Shown piece after piece: positions 52,065 through 64,000 of a stretch of DNA of 64,000 bases. The position numbers were made by a program, and so were the translations under genes. The DNA comes from Octopus sinensis (lineage: Eukaryota). The first letter of the stretch is position 1; each line of letters begins with the position of its first letter. The stretch is taken from positions 30,876,001 through 30,940,000 of the forward strand of contig NC_043004.1 in NCBI RefSeq assembly GCF_006345805.1. The letters are read 5' to 3'. The notes beneath the pieces are model-generated. The model searched no databases. It worked only from the letters and a program-made list of their open reading frames with translations, and was not told where the DNA came from.

Positions 52065-52101
52065 CTAAAATTTTCGTTGCATCTTGCAACCTTTTCAATA
52101 G
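52065..52101 (-). ncRNA. Candidate U3-A8 minimal hammerhead, copy 2, inside fold-back 51978-52208
   Basis: Minus strand: CTA-TTGAAAA-G-GTTGC-AAGAT-GCAAC-GAAA-AT-T-T-TAG. Confidence 0.5.
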
Positions 52102-52214
52102 TCTTGACTATTGAAAAGGTTGCCAGACACAATAAGGAATAAGTGGAAATTTTACTGGTGAGTGTGTTAAATTATAAGGCACAAAAAGAAAATGACTCTG
52201 CCCAGACAGTACAG

Positions 52215-52258
<44 letters not shown>

Positions 52259-53990
52259 CATCATCATCATCATCATCATCATCATTGAGTGAGAGAACAG
52301 TGCATGCCATCAAAGTGACACTGGGGTAAAATATACAAAGCCCAGTATACCCATCATGACTACACATCTGATAAGGGTACACCAGGCACATGTATCACAA
52401 CCATATGTGGCAACATAGTGATCTCATATCAAGATAAACAGCACATGACCTTACAGGTGGGGACCAGTTAGAACTTTCTTCAGGTCGAGTAGCCTATCCC
52501 ACTCAAAAGGTCCCTGAATAGGGTTGTTAAAAGATGTTCAACAAAACACCCATGTTTCCAAAGGTGAATTATCCAAACCCACCAAAATTCCTTTCAACGC
52601 ATAGCTATGATGCTCTCCCACTACTTCTGCTCATGTTCAGAGAGGCACATATCATCAGCCACTAAGGAACATACTCAACTGGTTATGGTCAAACAACTGT
52701 CAAGCAAATCTGTGGTATTGAGCAGGATATTTGCTTTAGCCCATCTTTTATACCAATATTGTTGTTATTACTATTATCATTATCATTATTATTTGTTATA
52801 TTGATAAATTATTTAACAAATAAAAAAGTAAAAGAAAGAAAATAACTTTTAATCACACCCCCTCAAAGAAATTCCCCCAATGAATTTAAGAAATATTAAT
52901 TAAGTTTCTAATTAATATTTCTGATGTGATAAAGAATTAGGTGATTTATTGGCTTCAGTTTTTAATTAGACAAATGCTAAGATGAGCAAATTTGCATATT
53001 TTTCTAAATGTTAGTTTTTAGTAGATGCTCTTTTATTGTTTTGTTTTTTGTTTTTTTTTACTGTCTCCAGTCACTGAAAATCTATGGCCATACTGAGGCA
53101 CCACAATAAAATGTTTTAGTCAATCATATTGCTTTGACATTTTGGTACAAGGTTGATGATTTTGGGAGAGGAGCTAAGTCGATTATATCGACCCTGGTGC
53201 TTGACTGACATTTATTTTATCAACCCCAGAAAAATGAAAGGCAAAGTCAATTATGGTGGAACTTAAGGACAGACAAAATGCTGCTAAGCACAGTATTTTG
53301 TCTGATGTACTAACAGTTCTGCCAGCTCACCATCTTTTTGTAAGTCGGTTATACTAACCTCAGAACATATTTTAATCTGGTATTATTTTATTGATGACTA
53401 TTAATTGGTTACCATTTTACTCTGATATGAACACACACACACACACACACACACCCCTACTTCAGCAATGATAAAAACAGACCTGAAACCAAATGCATTC
53501 CAAACATGACCATCCTGTGTTTTAGGTTTTGTTTTTTTTTCTTTTTGTATATATATGGCTGTGTGGTAAGAAGTTTTCTTCCCAACCACATGGTTTTGGG
53601 TTCAGTCCCACTGCATGACATCTTGGGCAAGCATCTTCTACGATAGCCTCGGGCCAACCAAAGTCTTGTGAGTAGATTTGGTAGATGGAAACTGAAAGAA
53701 ATCCATCATATATATATATATATGTGTGTGTGTGTGGTGTGTGTGTGTTTGTATATACATATATATTTGAGTGTGTGTGTATCTGTGTTTGTCCCCCTGC
53801 TATTGCTTGACAATCAATGCTGGTGTGTTTCTGCCACTGTAACTTAGCAGTTTGACAAAAGAAACTGGTAGAATAAGTACTAGGCTTACAAAGAATAAGG
53901 CCTAGGGTTGATTTCTTTGACTAAAAACCCTTTAAGGAGGTGCTCCAGCATGGCCACAGTCAAATGACTGAAACAAATAAAAGAATAAAA

Positions 53991-54034
<44 letters not shown>

Positions 54035-54239
54035 CTACATTGTTTAATGTGTCCTTCCTGTTTAAAGACAGTATGGATGAGATTTAAAGGAGATTTGTCT
54101 GCTATTTATTGAATGACCTCGTAGCAACTGCCAGTCAATTAAACTAACCCCAATAGGTGACTGGTAGTTGTTTTGTTGATCACAGAAAGAGGAAGAGTGA
54201 AGTTGACCCCTGTAGGATTTGAACTCAGAGAATTGAATG

Positions 54240-55330
54240 AATAACATTTTTAAGTTACTGAAATATATTCAACTATTAGGAAGCCTTTAGTTGGAATGAG
54301 AAACTGTTTAAAAATGTAAACATGTTTCTTGTATCAAAAAAAAATAGGGACAGACCATTTTATGATTTGCTGATCACTCTTCAGAGAAGACCTATCAAGT
54401 TTCTTTTCATAGTCTATGACAAAGGATGTTCAGCTACTATATAAAGCAGTCAGTTGTTAGACTATTACCATTATGGATAATTTAATTTACCTTTTTGTGC
54501 TTCAGCTGGCTCATCATTAATTAAACAATGTATATTTTATGCAGAAAATAGAGTGAATCAGAAATGCTGAAATAAATTTAAATATTAGAAAGCCTTTAAC
54601 TGCGACAGTGAACTGTAAGAATGTAAATGCAGTTCTTTTAAGCTTTTGATATGTGATAACAGAAGAGTCTCCTGATAAACAATTTCAATATTTCTTGACT
54701 GCTTTATAAAGAAGACACACTCAATTGCCTTCTTTAATGGATAGTGTAGAATAGTCATCTAATATAAAAAAAAAATTAAAAAACAGTCAGGAACTAAGCT
54801 ATTACCAAGGTAGATAGCTTAATTTACATATTTGTGCTTCAGACATCTAATTATAAAGATATATTTTATGCACAACACAGTGTGAATCTGAAACACTTAA
54901 ATAAATTTAAATCACTTCCAATCTACTTCCCAGCCAACAGCATAGAGAGTTCAGCTGAATATATAAAGTAGTCAGTAATTAAGGTATTACTACTGTAGAT
55001 AATTTAATTTGATTATTTGTGTTTTAAATGCCTCATCATTGAGTAAACAAAGTATATTTTATGTCCAACATAATGTAAATCAGAAATACTGAATGAAATG
55101 TAAATAATAACCCATCTCCTTCCCCATTTAATAGCATAGAATATTCATCTAATATATATAAAGCAGACAGAATCGAGATATTACCATGGTGAATAACTTA
55201 ATTTGTATATTTGTGCTTTAGACAGTGCATTATTCATTTAACAAATCATAGAAATGTATTTATATACTTATATTTCTTTATAACAGCTAAGGTTTGTAAT
55301 ATCTAAATTTATTTAAATATATCAGATTCA
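54240..55330 (+). repeat. Old diverged tandem array (about 190-340-bp units)
   Basis: TTACC..GATAA.TTAATTT...TTTGTG.TT.AG...TATATTTTATG recurs at about 54465, 54802, 54988 and 55181. Confidence 0.7.
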
Positions 55331-56013
55331 TACTGTGCTGTCAATAAACCAGATATTGTTTATAGTGCTACAACTATCTTGAAGAATAGTATTAAGAAAG
55401 TACAATAGATTAACAAATATTCTCAAGGTAGAGAAACAAATTACAAAATACCATTTGTTTGGTGTGATAAAGGTATTCTAGTATAGATTGAAATAGAAAA
55501 GCATTCTGTTACCATAATTCCAGCACTGAAGACAGCTTGGCTCTAATTTCTAAATTAATTCAAAACTATGCTCACTGGTTTTTGACAATGGGAAGGAGTA
55601 AAGTTGTTAAAGGCCCACAAAGTAAAGCTGTCCAAGACAATGGCATTAGTGAAGAGTAAGTATCTTCAATTCTGAGCACCACCATCAGCCATTCCCTTGA
55701 ATGGAAAGAGTGTGTGAGTGGCAGTGTAACATTGCTGCTGTTGTTGTTGTTGTTGTTGTTGTTGTGTTATCATTATTATTATGGTGATGAGCTGGCTTAA
55801 TTGCACACTGGGTAAAATGCACAGTAGCATTTTGTCCGTCTCTATGTTCTGAGTCAAATTCCACCAGTGGTTGACTTTGTCTTTCATCCTTTTGGGGTCG
55901 ATAAATTAAGAACTTGTGAAGCATTGGGGTCAATGTAATTGACTAGCTCCTTCTTCAAAAATTTCAGGCCTAGTGCCTGCAGTAGAAAGCATTGTTATTA
56001 TCATAATTATCGT

Positions 56014-56101
<88 letters not shown>

Positions 56102-56702
56102 GCTGCTGCTGCTACTACTACTACTACAACCACCACCACCACCACCACTACTACTACTACTACTAAGGCAGCAAGCTGGCAGAATCATTAGTATGCCAAC
56201 AAAGTGCTTCATGGCATTTCTTCCAGTTTTACATTCTGAATTCAAATTTCACGGAGGTCGACTCTTTTTGGTGCCAATGAAATAAGGAGCAGTTGGGCAC
56301 TGGGGTCAACGTAATTGACTAGGCTCCTCCCACAAAATTTCAGACCTTCTGCTCATTACTGGGAGAATTATTATTATTTTTACAGTTATGTATAAGAGTG
56401 CATATAGTAGGCAAGACAAGAGATTCGTAGCAGAATTTCGAGTAGACTGGCTGAGGATCAACTCTCAAAGTGCCACCAACTGTGTTGAGTGTAAGTGCAA
56501 GCACACACACACACACACACACACATATAAACAAAATCAAGCAGAAAGACGAATTGATAAACAAGTAGATAATAAGGAGAGATAATTATATGTAATTGTA
56601 TGTAGATAGACAGATTCCTATATGTGTATTATATGTGCATGAGAGAGGGTGTGTGTGTGTGTATGTGTAAAAGAGAGAGTGTGTGTATGTTTGTGTGCAA
56701 TG

Positions 56703-57060
56703 AAATTGTTGTATACAGTGCTCAGGTGCACCACAACTTGTCAAAAGTGTGTATAAAGTATATGCAGTAATGTACAAATGTCTGGAAAGTGAACAGCGTA
56801 TGAGTCAGATACATGCTTGCATGTGTATGGAGAGGAGAAAATCAGGTGTAGTGTTGACGAATCTCAGGAAGCATGGAAGTTTTGAAGGATGCAGTGCTCC
56901 GACAACTAACAACTGATGCCGGCAGTCTGTTTCATGCTTCAGCAATGCTTAGCGTGAAAAAATGTTTCCGAAAGCTGTGCTGTTTTCTGACTTAGTAAAC
57001 ATGTCCATGGGTGTTAGACAGGTGGACTTTGAAAAGGTGCTCAGAGTTATTGCTTGTAAG
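56703..57060 (-). mobile_element. 3' end of the same LINE family as 6723-10039
   Basis: Homologous last codons and the same GTGCACCTGAGCAC 3' hairpin; the 3'UTR here is about 100 bp longer. Confidence 0.85.
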
Positions 57061-57129
57061 ATGGTTAATAATTTATATATGTAAATATATAAATAATATA
57101 TAAATGTGTATGTGTGTGTGTGTGTACGT

Positions 57130-57950
57130 GCACAAGCCTTAGATCATTAACTTCTTATCAAATCACAGCATGTGTTGAAAGAGTACTTTTTGTTGTGCCT
57201 GAAAGTGTACTCAGGGGTGTGTTAGGGTTCAGTTTTGTCTCTCACTCTTCCTTCTATACATTAATAATTTACTTGCCACAACATTCAACAATACCCTCAC
57301 TCATGCAGGTGATACAACCCTTCATTCTTCTCTAACCTTTCCCAACCACACCAGAGGGTAAACCTGCTCTCATTCCATGAATAAAGACCTCAAAAACATT
57401 TTCTCGTGGGGTCATGCAACTCTTGTCATTTTAACAGCAAAACAAATTCTCAGCACTATTTATGTCAAAACATCTTCATACTTCACTCCTACTAACAATA
57501 AGAGTCATTCAACATAAGAGTCACTCAACTAAAGCCCTGACAATCACTCCAAATACTCACTGTCGCCAAGGACCTTTCCTGGTGAAAATGCATCCTTAAG
57601 ACAGCCAGAATCATATTACAATAAGTGCTGACACTTTGCAATGCTCAAATGAGGTCTCCACCCTATCCCAGTGGAGAATTGCTCCCTCACGAAGAATAAT
57701 GCTGCTGCTAGGTACACAGACATCCTGATTAGTATAAAGTCACTCATAGATATACTCCAGGCTCTGGTCCATATGCTGTCTCCTCTTGGTCTTTTCTATT
57801 ACTACTATAATGGCCTCTGTTGCTTAAATCTGGCAGCTCCTGTATATTTGCCACTCAGACTGTTTCAAAACACTCAACTCTTGTCCTCCTTGCTGTGTCT
57901 ACTCCCCACCCCCAATCAGGCCTTACATTAATCCCTACACCCAGTCCTTC
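57130..57950 (+). mobile_element. Highly decayed CR1/L2-group RT fragment
   Basis: LATTFNNTLTHAGDTTLHSS (degraded YADD), MNKDLKNIFSWG, GLFYYYYNGLC. Confidence 0.6.
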
Positions 57951-57964
57951 TTATGCAGAAGTTT

Positions 57965-58780
57965 AGTCCTCTGAGATCTTGTTCATGTCTTTCTGATAGG
58001 TTTCAGCTGGCAACGAAACAAACAGAACATAAACAGTTTCACTGGTTCTAGAGAGCCCGAAAAAGCCATGGGCTTTCCCCTTAACTAGCAAGTAAATACA
58101 TACATACACACATACATATGCATGCACGTACATTTGTACATACACACATACATACATACATACATACATACATACATACATACATACATACATACACACA
58201 TACACACACACACATACATACATATATACATACATGCATACATACATACATACATACATACATACATACATACATACATACATACATACATACATCATAC
58301 ATACATACATATGCACGCACGTACATACATATATACATACATAACATACATACATACAAAACCCTAGTGCTGAAAAGGAAGAGAACAACATCCTACATGC
58401 TGGCAGTGAGCTCTTCAAGAATCACTCTCTTCCTGATGACTTCTCATATAAAGCAGCTGGATGAACATAGTCCAAAGAAAACCTGGATGTGAAACATTCC
58501 CCATGCCAAAACAAAACGACTGCATGGATGTTTGCCAAAGTCTTGAAGATAACAATATCAACATGAAGTGCAACCTTGCTCAGACTTGTGATTATGATAT
58601 CAGACTTCGAAGCTATGAATAGGAGACAGTGATATTTTTGGAGTCCCAAGATGCAGCTAAAAATGTAGATTGCCATATTTCTGTGGAAGACATTGCACAT
58701 GTAATTAGCAGCAGCCCCAAAATGTCATCAAGGTACCCTTATGCAATACAGTGTTGTTACTAAAACAACATAAAAAGAAC
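57965..58780 (+). mobile_element. Decayed REL-type LINE fragment split by a (TACA)n tract
   Basis: CHISVEDIAHVISSSPKMSSRY matches the DITHI..CPKM motif of the 18.3-18.9-kb fragment. Confidence 0.5.
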
Positions 58781-59089
58781 AGAAAAAGGAAAAGGAAAAA
58801 GCTCCCACTACAAAGTGGTGTAACATTTGAGAGGAGCAGGTGACTTTATGCCAAGTGTTGAAAGGCTAAAGTATGATAGAGATATAAGCACAGGTGCTTT
58901 ACTATAGAGGAGATACATAACTACTTCACATTATATGTAGGAGTGAATGGGTGGGAGTTGTTGAGAAAAAGATACAAAAAGAAGGTAATGATGGATTGCC
59001 AGAGCAAAAACTCAAGGTATAAGAAGGTGAACATAGGAGAGAGGATATGGAAAGTTGGTCGTGGGATGGGAAGAGAGAGTGTGTGTGTA

Positions 59090-59146
<57 letters not shown>

Positions 59147-59152
59147 GATGTG

Positions 59153-59184
<32 letters not shown>

Positions 59185-59198
59185 TGTATGTGTGTGTG

Positions 59199-59251
<53 letters not shown>

Positions 59252-60012
59252 GTGGGGAGAGACAGACAAATAGGAAGGTATTTAGGTAGAGAGTTAGATA
59301 GACATGTAGTACATGCAATATAGTCAGCAGTGTTGAAAATACACGGACTGATTTAAAATGTTTTGAATGCTAGCTGCTTTATTATTAAGCAGTTTTTCAA
59401 ATAGCTTAAACACTAGACAACTTGAAGTATATTTACATTGGTGGGGAGAAAAAATAAAAACATATTAATCAGTGACTAAAATATTCTTTATCAAGTTACA
59501 GATTGGATACATTCCATTGAAGAAGACTCCAGGTGAAAAAAAAAGGAACATGTTAACAGTTGTCTCCCTTATCTACTGAGGCAAAATACTTTACGTTTTT
59601 ATGTACTAATATTCTTTCATTGGCTTAAGTCATTGGATTATGGTTATGCTAGGTACTACTTTCAGGGGTTTTAACTAGATATGTCACTACTTTATCTGTT
59701 CATTACTTTGTCTAGTCCCCAAATTACCAATCCCTCTTTATTGAATGGCTAGGCTTACCTTTTAAGTAATTATCTCCTCTTAGAGAGTAAATCCACCCAA
59801 GGAATTTACATTGATTTACTAAATATTTATATATATACAAATGGATATGAACACACATACACATATACACATATCACATTCACAGACACACACACACACA
59901 CAAGCATATACATATATATATTATTTTTTTTTAATTCATTTATGGTAACATTATAGATATGCAACTAAAGCTCCTATTTCATTATGCCAGTTACCATCTA
60001 ATATATATATAT

Positions 60013-60204
60013 ACCAGAGTAAGCACATAAATGTGAAACAAGGTGGAAAAAGAGTACTCAAATACTAGAGGTAGATTAAACGTGAAACTCTGAGTAACAG
60101 CTTTTGTTATATTTCTGCTGCTTTTAAATAAAGCATATTACTCTACCTCTGGTATTTGAGTACTCTTTTTCCACCCTGTTTCACAGTTATGTGCTTACTC
60201 TGGT
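60013..60204. mobile_element. Fold-back TA-embedded element (63-bp arms) with the 3' half of a hammerhead at the inversion breakpoint
   Basis: Arms 60013-60075 and 60142-60204; AACGT-GAAA-CTCTGAG-T-A-ACAGC at 60079-60101. Confidence 0.8.
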
Positions 60205-60767
60205 GGGATCCCGGAACATCTCGCTGTACTTGAGGAGACCTGTTGAGTCAAGTGCATGTACATGAACATCGAACCAAATATCAATGGAAACAGTAGTTGT
60301 GATACCTGTGCCGGTGACACATAAAAAGCACCATCCAAACGTGGCCGTTGCCAGTGCAGCCTCCACTGGCTTCTGTGCCGGTGTCACATAAAAAGCACCA
60401 TCCGAACGTGACCAATGCCAACCCTGCCTCGAATGGCTTCTGTGCCGGTGGCACATAAAAAGCACCATCCGAACGTGGCCGATGCCAGCACCGCCTTGAC
60501 TGGCTTCTGTGCCAGTAGCACATAAGAAAAGCACCAACCGATCGTGGCCGATGCCAGACCCCTCTGGCACCTGTGCAGGTGGCACGTAAAAAGCACCCAC
60601 TACACTCGCGGAGTGGTTGGCGTTAGGAAGGGCATCCAGCTGTAGAAATACTGCCAGATCAGACTGGAGCCTGGGGCAGCCCCTGGCTCCCCAGACCCAG
60701 GTCGAACCGTCCAACCCGTGCTAGAGCGGAAAACGGATGTTAAACGATGATGATGATGATGATGATG
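60205..60767 (+). mobile_element. SINE family C with five internal about 60-bp repeats and an (ATG)n tail
   Basis: TGTGCCGGTGGCACATAAAAAGCACC unit repeated five times; ends GTTAAACGATGATG. Confidence 0.88.
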
Positions 60768-60931
60768 ATATATTAGATGGTAGCTGGCATAATGAAATAG
60801 GAGCTTTAGTTGCATACCTATTATGTTACCATAAATGAATTAAAAAAATATATATATATAAATATATATGCTTGTGTGTGTGTGTGTGTGCATGTGTGTG
60901 TGTCTGTGAATGCTTTTAAATAAAGTATATA

Positions 60932-60965
<34 letters not shown>

Positions 60966-60970
60966 CATAC

Positions 60971-61058
<88 letters not shown>

Positions 61059-61210
61059 AATCTATATTTTTAAAATTCATTTATGGTAGATTTATGGGCA
61101 TGCAAATAAAGTTCCTGTTTCATTATGCTAGCTACCATCTAATGATACTGATTAGTGAGTCAGTTTTTCAGAGTTGCATCATGGTTATAGCGATATAATG
61201 TAGGCTAAAT

Positions 61211-61707
61211 ATAATAACAATAATTCTTGGATGGAATTTATAAATATTTAATACATCGCTACACACGTTTCCACAAATCACATGAATTTAACATCATAGT
61301 CCATATCCTTGGGATGGGTACAATATAGTCCGTATTATCCATTGGCATCCAGTTGATCATCACCATTGATTCATTTCATCGGGTGATACTGCATTATCGG
61401 ATGGATCACAGAGGGATGTTTATCCCTCCTTGCCACTATGAAGGTCAATCTAGCTATGTGGTCTTCATTGCTAGATTGACCTTCATACTGGCAAGATAAA
61501 CATCCCTCTGTAATTCATCTGATAATGCAGTATCACTTGATGAAATGAATCGATGATGATGTCAACTAGATGTTAATGGATAATACGGACTATACTGTAC
61601 CAATCCCAAGGATATGGACTTCGATGTTAAAACCATGTGATTTGTGGAAGCATGTGCAGCAATGTATTAAATATTTATAAATTCCATCCTAGAATTATTG
61701 TTATTAT
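61211..61707. mobile_element. Large MITE-like hairpin (about 240-bp arms, 15-nt loop)
   Basis: 61211-61454 is the reverse complement of 61470-61707. Confidence 0.9.
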
Positions 61708-62244
61708 TATATACATATGGATGAGGTCATGGCCAAGTCAATTGTAATGTCTTGAGCACAAGTGTTACAATGGTCTTGGGTCAACCCAAACCTTGTAAAA
61801 GAAACTCAGTTGATGGAAACTACATGAAATCTCAGCAGATCAATTGAACCATCAATTTCAAAAGTCCAGTCATGTCACCCTGCATCATATTAATTGGTAA
61901 GGTAGTGACTTTCGGTTGTTAATATGCCCGATGACTACCGCCAACAATGTCAGTTATTAAGCTCTTTTACTTAGGCCTCTATCATCCTTAATGACAAGGA
62001 ATATCAAGGCAGTGAGCTGGCAGAATTATTACCACACTTGGCAAATTGTGTAACAGCATTTTGTCTGCCTTTACACTCTGAGCTCAAATGCCACCAAGGT
62101 CAACTTTGCCTTTCATCCTTTCAGGGTTGATAAAATAAGTACCAGATGAACACTGGTGTTTGATGTAATCGATTTAACCCCCTCCCCTGAAATTGCAGGC
62201 CTTGTGCCAAAATTTGAAACCAGTGACAAGGAAAACTTGTTAAG

Positions 62245-62552
62245 CCTTTTGTTACCATATTTTCATTTAAATACACTGGCTTTATTTCAATTAATTTTGA
62301 AATTAACAAAGAACTTGGTAAATTAACCTTTTCATGATTCTGCTGTTATTTCAAGCATAATTAACATGAAATTTTGATGGAAGGTGATAATTTAGATCAC
62401 TTTCACTCCAGTGTTACCATATTTCTACTGAAATGCACTGTCTTTGTTTCAATTAATTTTGAAAATGACTAAAAATTTAATGAATTAACTGAGCTGATGT
62501 CTTTAATATAAATTAACATGAAATTTTGTTGGAAGGTTGTAATTTAGATCAG
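62245..62552 (+). repeat. Diverged tandem duplication (about 160-bp unit)
   Basis: GTTACCATATTT...AATTAACATGAAATTTTG.TGGAAGG..TAATTTAGATCA occurs twice. Confidence 0.7.
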
Positions 62553-64000
62553 AGTTTCAGTTGATCTCTTAGGTAAATGATGAGACAGAGAGGTGCCAAC
62601 TAGTCTGAGAGTAGAATCGATTGTGAATAAATCAAACTGAAAAATCTATGAATTTAAGTTCACATCACTGGCATGCCATGAATATAACAACATGAGATAT
62701 TTGTTAAATATGTTTTCCCTGACTGTCTAGCTAGTTCAGTAGTTATGTAAGAAGGTAGTTAGGTCAGCTAAGTAGGTGAATAAGTAGACTGAATTTGTGT
62801 TATGTGATACTGAAGAGGCTGTTGGACAACTCTTCAGATATTTCCATTGTCATAGAAATCACTGTCAGGTATTCCAGTCACTATATTCTGAGTCAATTAT
62901 CAAGTATTGACTCAATGTCTGGTTGAAATCCATCAATCATTATTTTCTCTTGATAATAATGATGAGTTAACAAGCAATTAAAAGATTGTAGTTAGAATTA
63001 ATCCATTCACCAAAAGTTCTGTTAATAGAAATTTTCAAGAAAACCTGCTAAGAAGTTAGATTCTTAATTATATGTATTGTATATTAATATATTATATATA
63101 TTATCGATATAAACTATATATATTAATATATATATATGTATATATTAACTATATACACTAATCATTTGTTTCCTTGTTTTATGCATTACTTCCAGGTCAG
63201 TTGGTTCTGCTTTTGCTTAGTTTGTTTGTTTTTTTCTTTTAGCAATCAATTATTTCCAAATATAAATTAAAGATTTTCTGATGAAGTATGGTGAGGATGT
63301 CTATTGTGTTTTTGTTTCAGTTTTGGGTTTGTTCTTTCTACAGCAAATAATTGATTCATGTATTGAATATTTGGTGTTCCATTCAATGCTGCTGTTTTCT
63401 AATATCTGGATTAGTAAAATTATTGAACCAATTACAATATTAACCCAAGAATTGAGCCAAGAATTAAAGCTATTTCTTTACCATCTTTTGACCAAGTATA
63501 AAGAAGCTAAAGGATTGCATTAAATATATTCTCTAGAATCTTTAAAAAGAATGAGAACACATGTTTTATGTCTAAAATATAGGACAATGAAGAACTTGGA
63601 GAAATCAGCAGTATATGATATGTGTTTACAACATCCACCCTCACAGCTATTTAAGATCGCCAAAGTAACAGAGACTGTCAGCTGCTTCTAGTGAGAATTC
63701 TGAGTAATTGAAAAGTAGTATTTCATAGCTGCCTTTACTCTGCGTCTGTTACACACAAAGTCCATTTTCTTTGGAATTCTGAGAATTAGGATAGGATCCA
63801 CCATCACAACAACTACCACCATTATCATCTACAGGTATTTAGGTGAAACTGACTAGAAACAACACACAGAAATGAAGGAGAAAATTTGAAAAGGGTCCAT
63901 CAGGTTGACACTATAAGTCAAAATAAGATAATAGGCATAAACACACCAGCTGTCCCTGTCATAAAATGGAAGGCTTTATGGTAAGAGGCTTGCTTACCAA

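Larger units (their letters stand above)
51045..52240 (+). repeat. Near-identical tandem duplication, period 594-597 bp
   Basis: SINE-A fragment, (AAT)n and the fold-back element are all duplicated; near-identical ORF translations at 51186/51783 and 51326/51920. Confidence 0.93.

Noticed and set aside
60290-60600. CRISPR-like array
   Set aside because: The intervening parts are homologous to each other, the array is internal to a SINE, the context is eukaryotic, and there are no cas genes.
61240-61320. Hammerhead in the arms of the 61.2-kb hairpin (GGAAACGTG)
   Set aside because: No CUGANGA-like core at the right spacing, no helix I, and G at position 17.

Overview
Repeat-dominated, AT-rich animal genomic DNA with no recognisable host protein-coding exon, rRNA, true tRNA gene or CRISPR array. 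The extreme microsatellite load, the tRNA-headed SINE families and the RTE/CR1/R4-like LINEs suggest a cephalopod (Octopus-like) intergenic or intronic region; the taxon is an inference. Almost all ORFs in the track are microsatellite artefacts. Real coding remnants all belong to transposons: a nearly intact 5'-truncated CR1-type LINE (6723-10039, four in-frame stops, no frameshift), the 5' half of an RTE LINE, R4/Dong-like REL LINE fragments, a full-length decayed mariner, and Tc1/mariner derivatives. There are also Helitron-like elements and many fold-back/MITE palindromes. The most interesting signal is a set of short, mostly (TA)n-embedded non-autonomous elements from about 8 sequence families. 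Each folds by eye into a minimal type I hammerhead ribozyme with a palindromic helix III, the Penelope/retrozyme type. Across families the catalytic-core 3:8 tertiary pair covaries: C3-G8, G3-C8 (10568-10618, 24415-24465) and U3-A8 (51471-51506, 52065-52101, possibly 25926-25968). Several of these elements form fold-back inversions whose apex or termini sit at the ribozyme, and one is a 151-bp partial tandem resembling a retrozyme. All folds were done manually and none has been tested. Many repeat boundaries are approximate.
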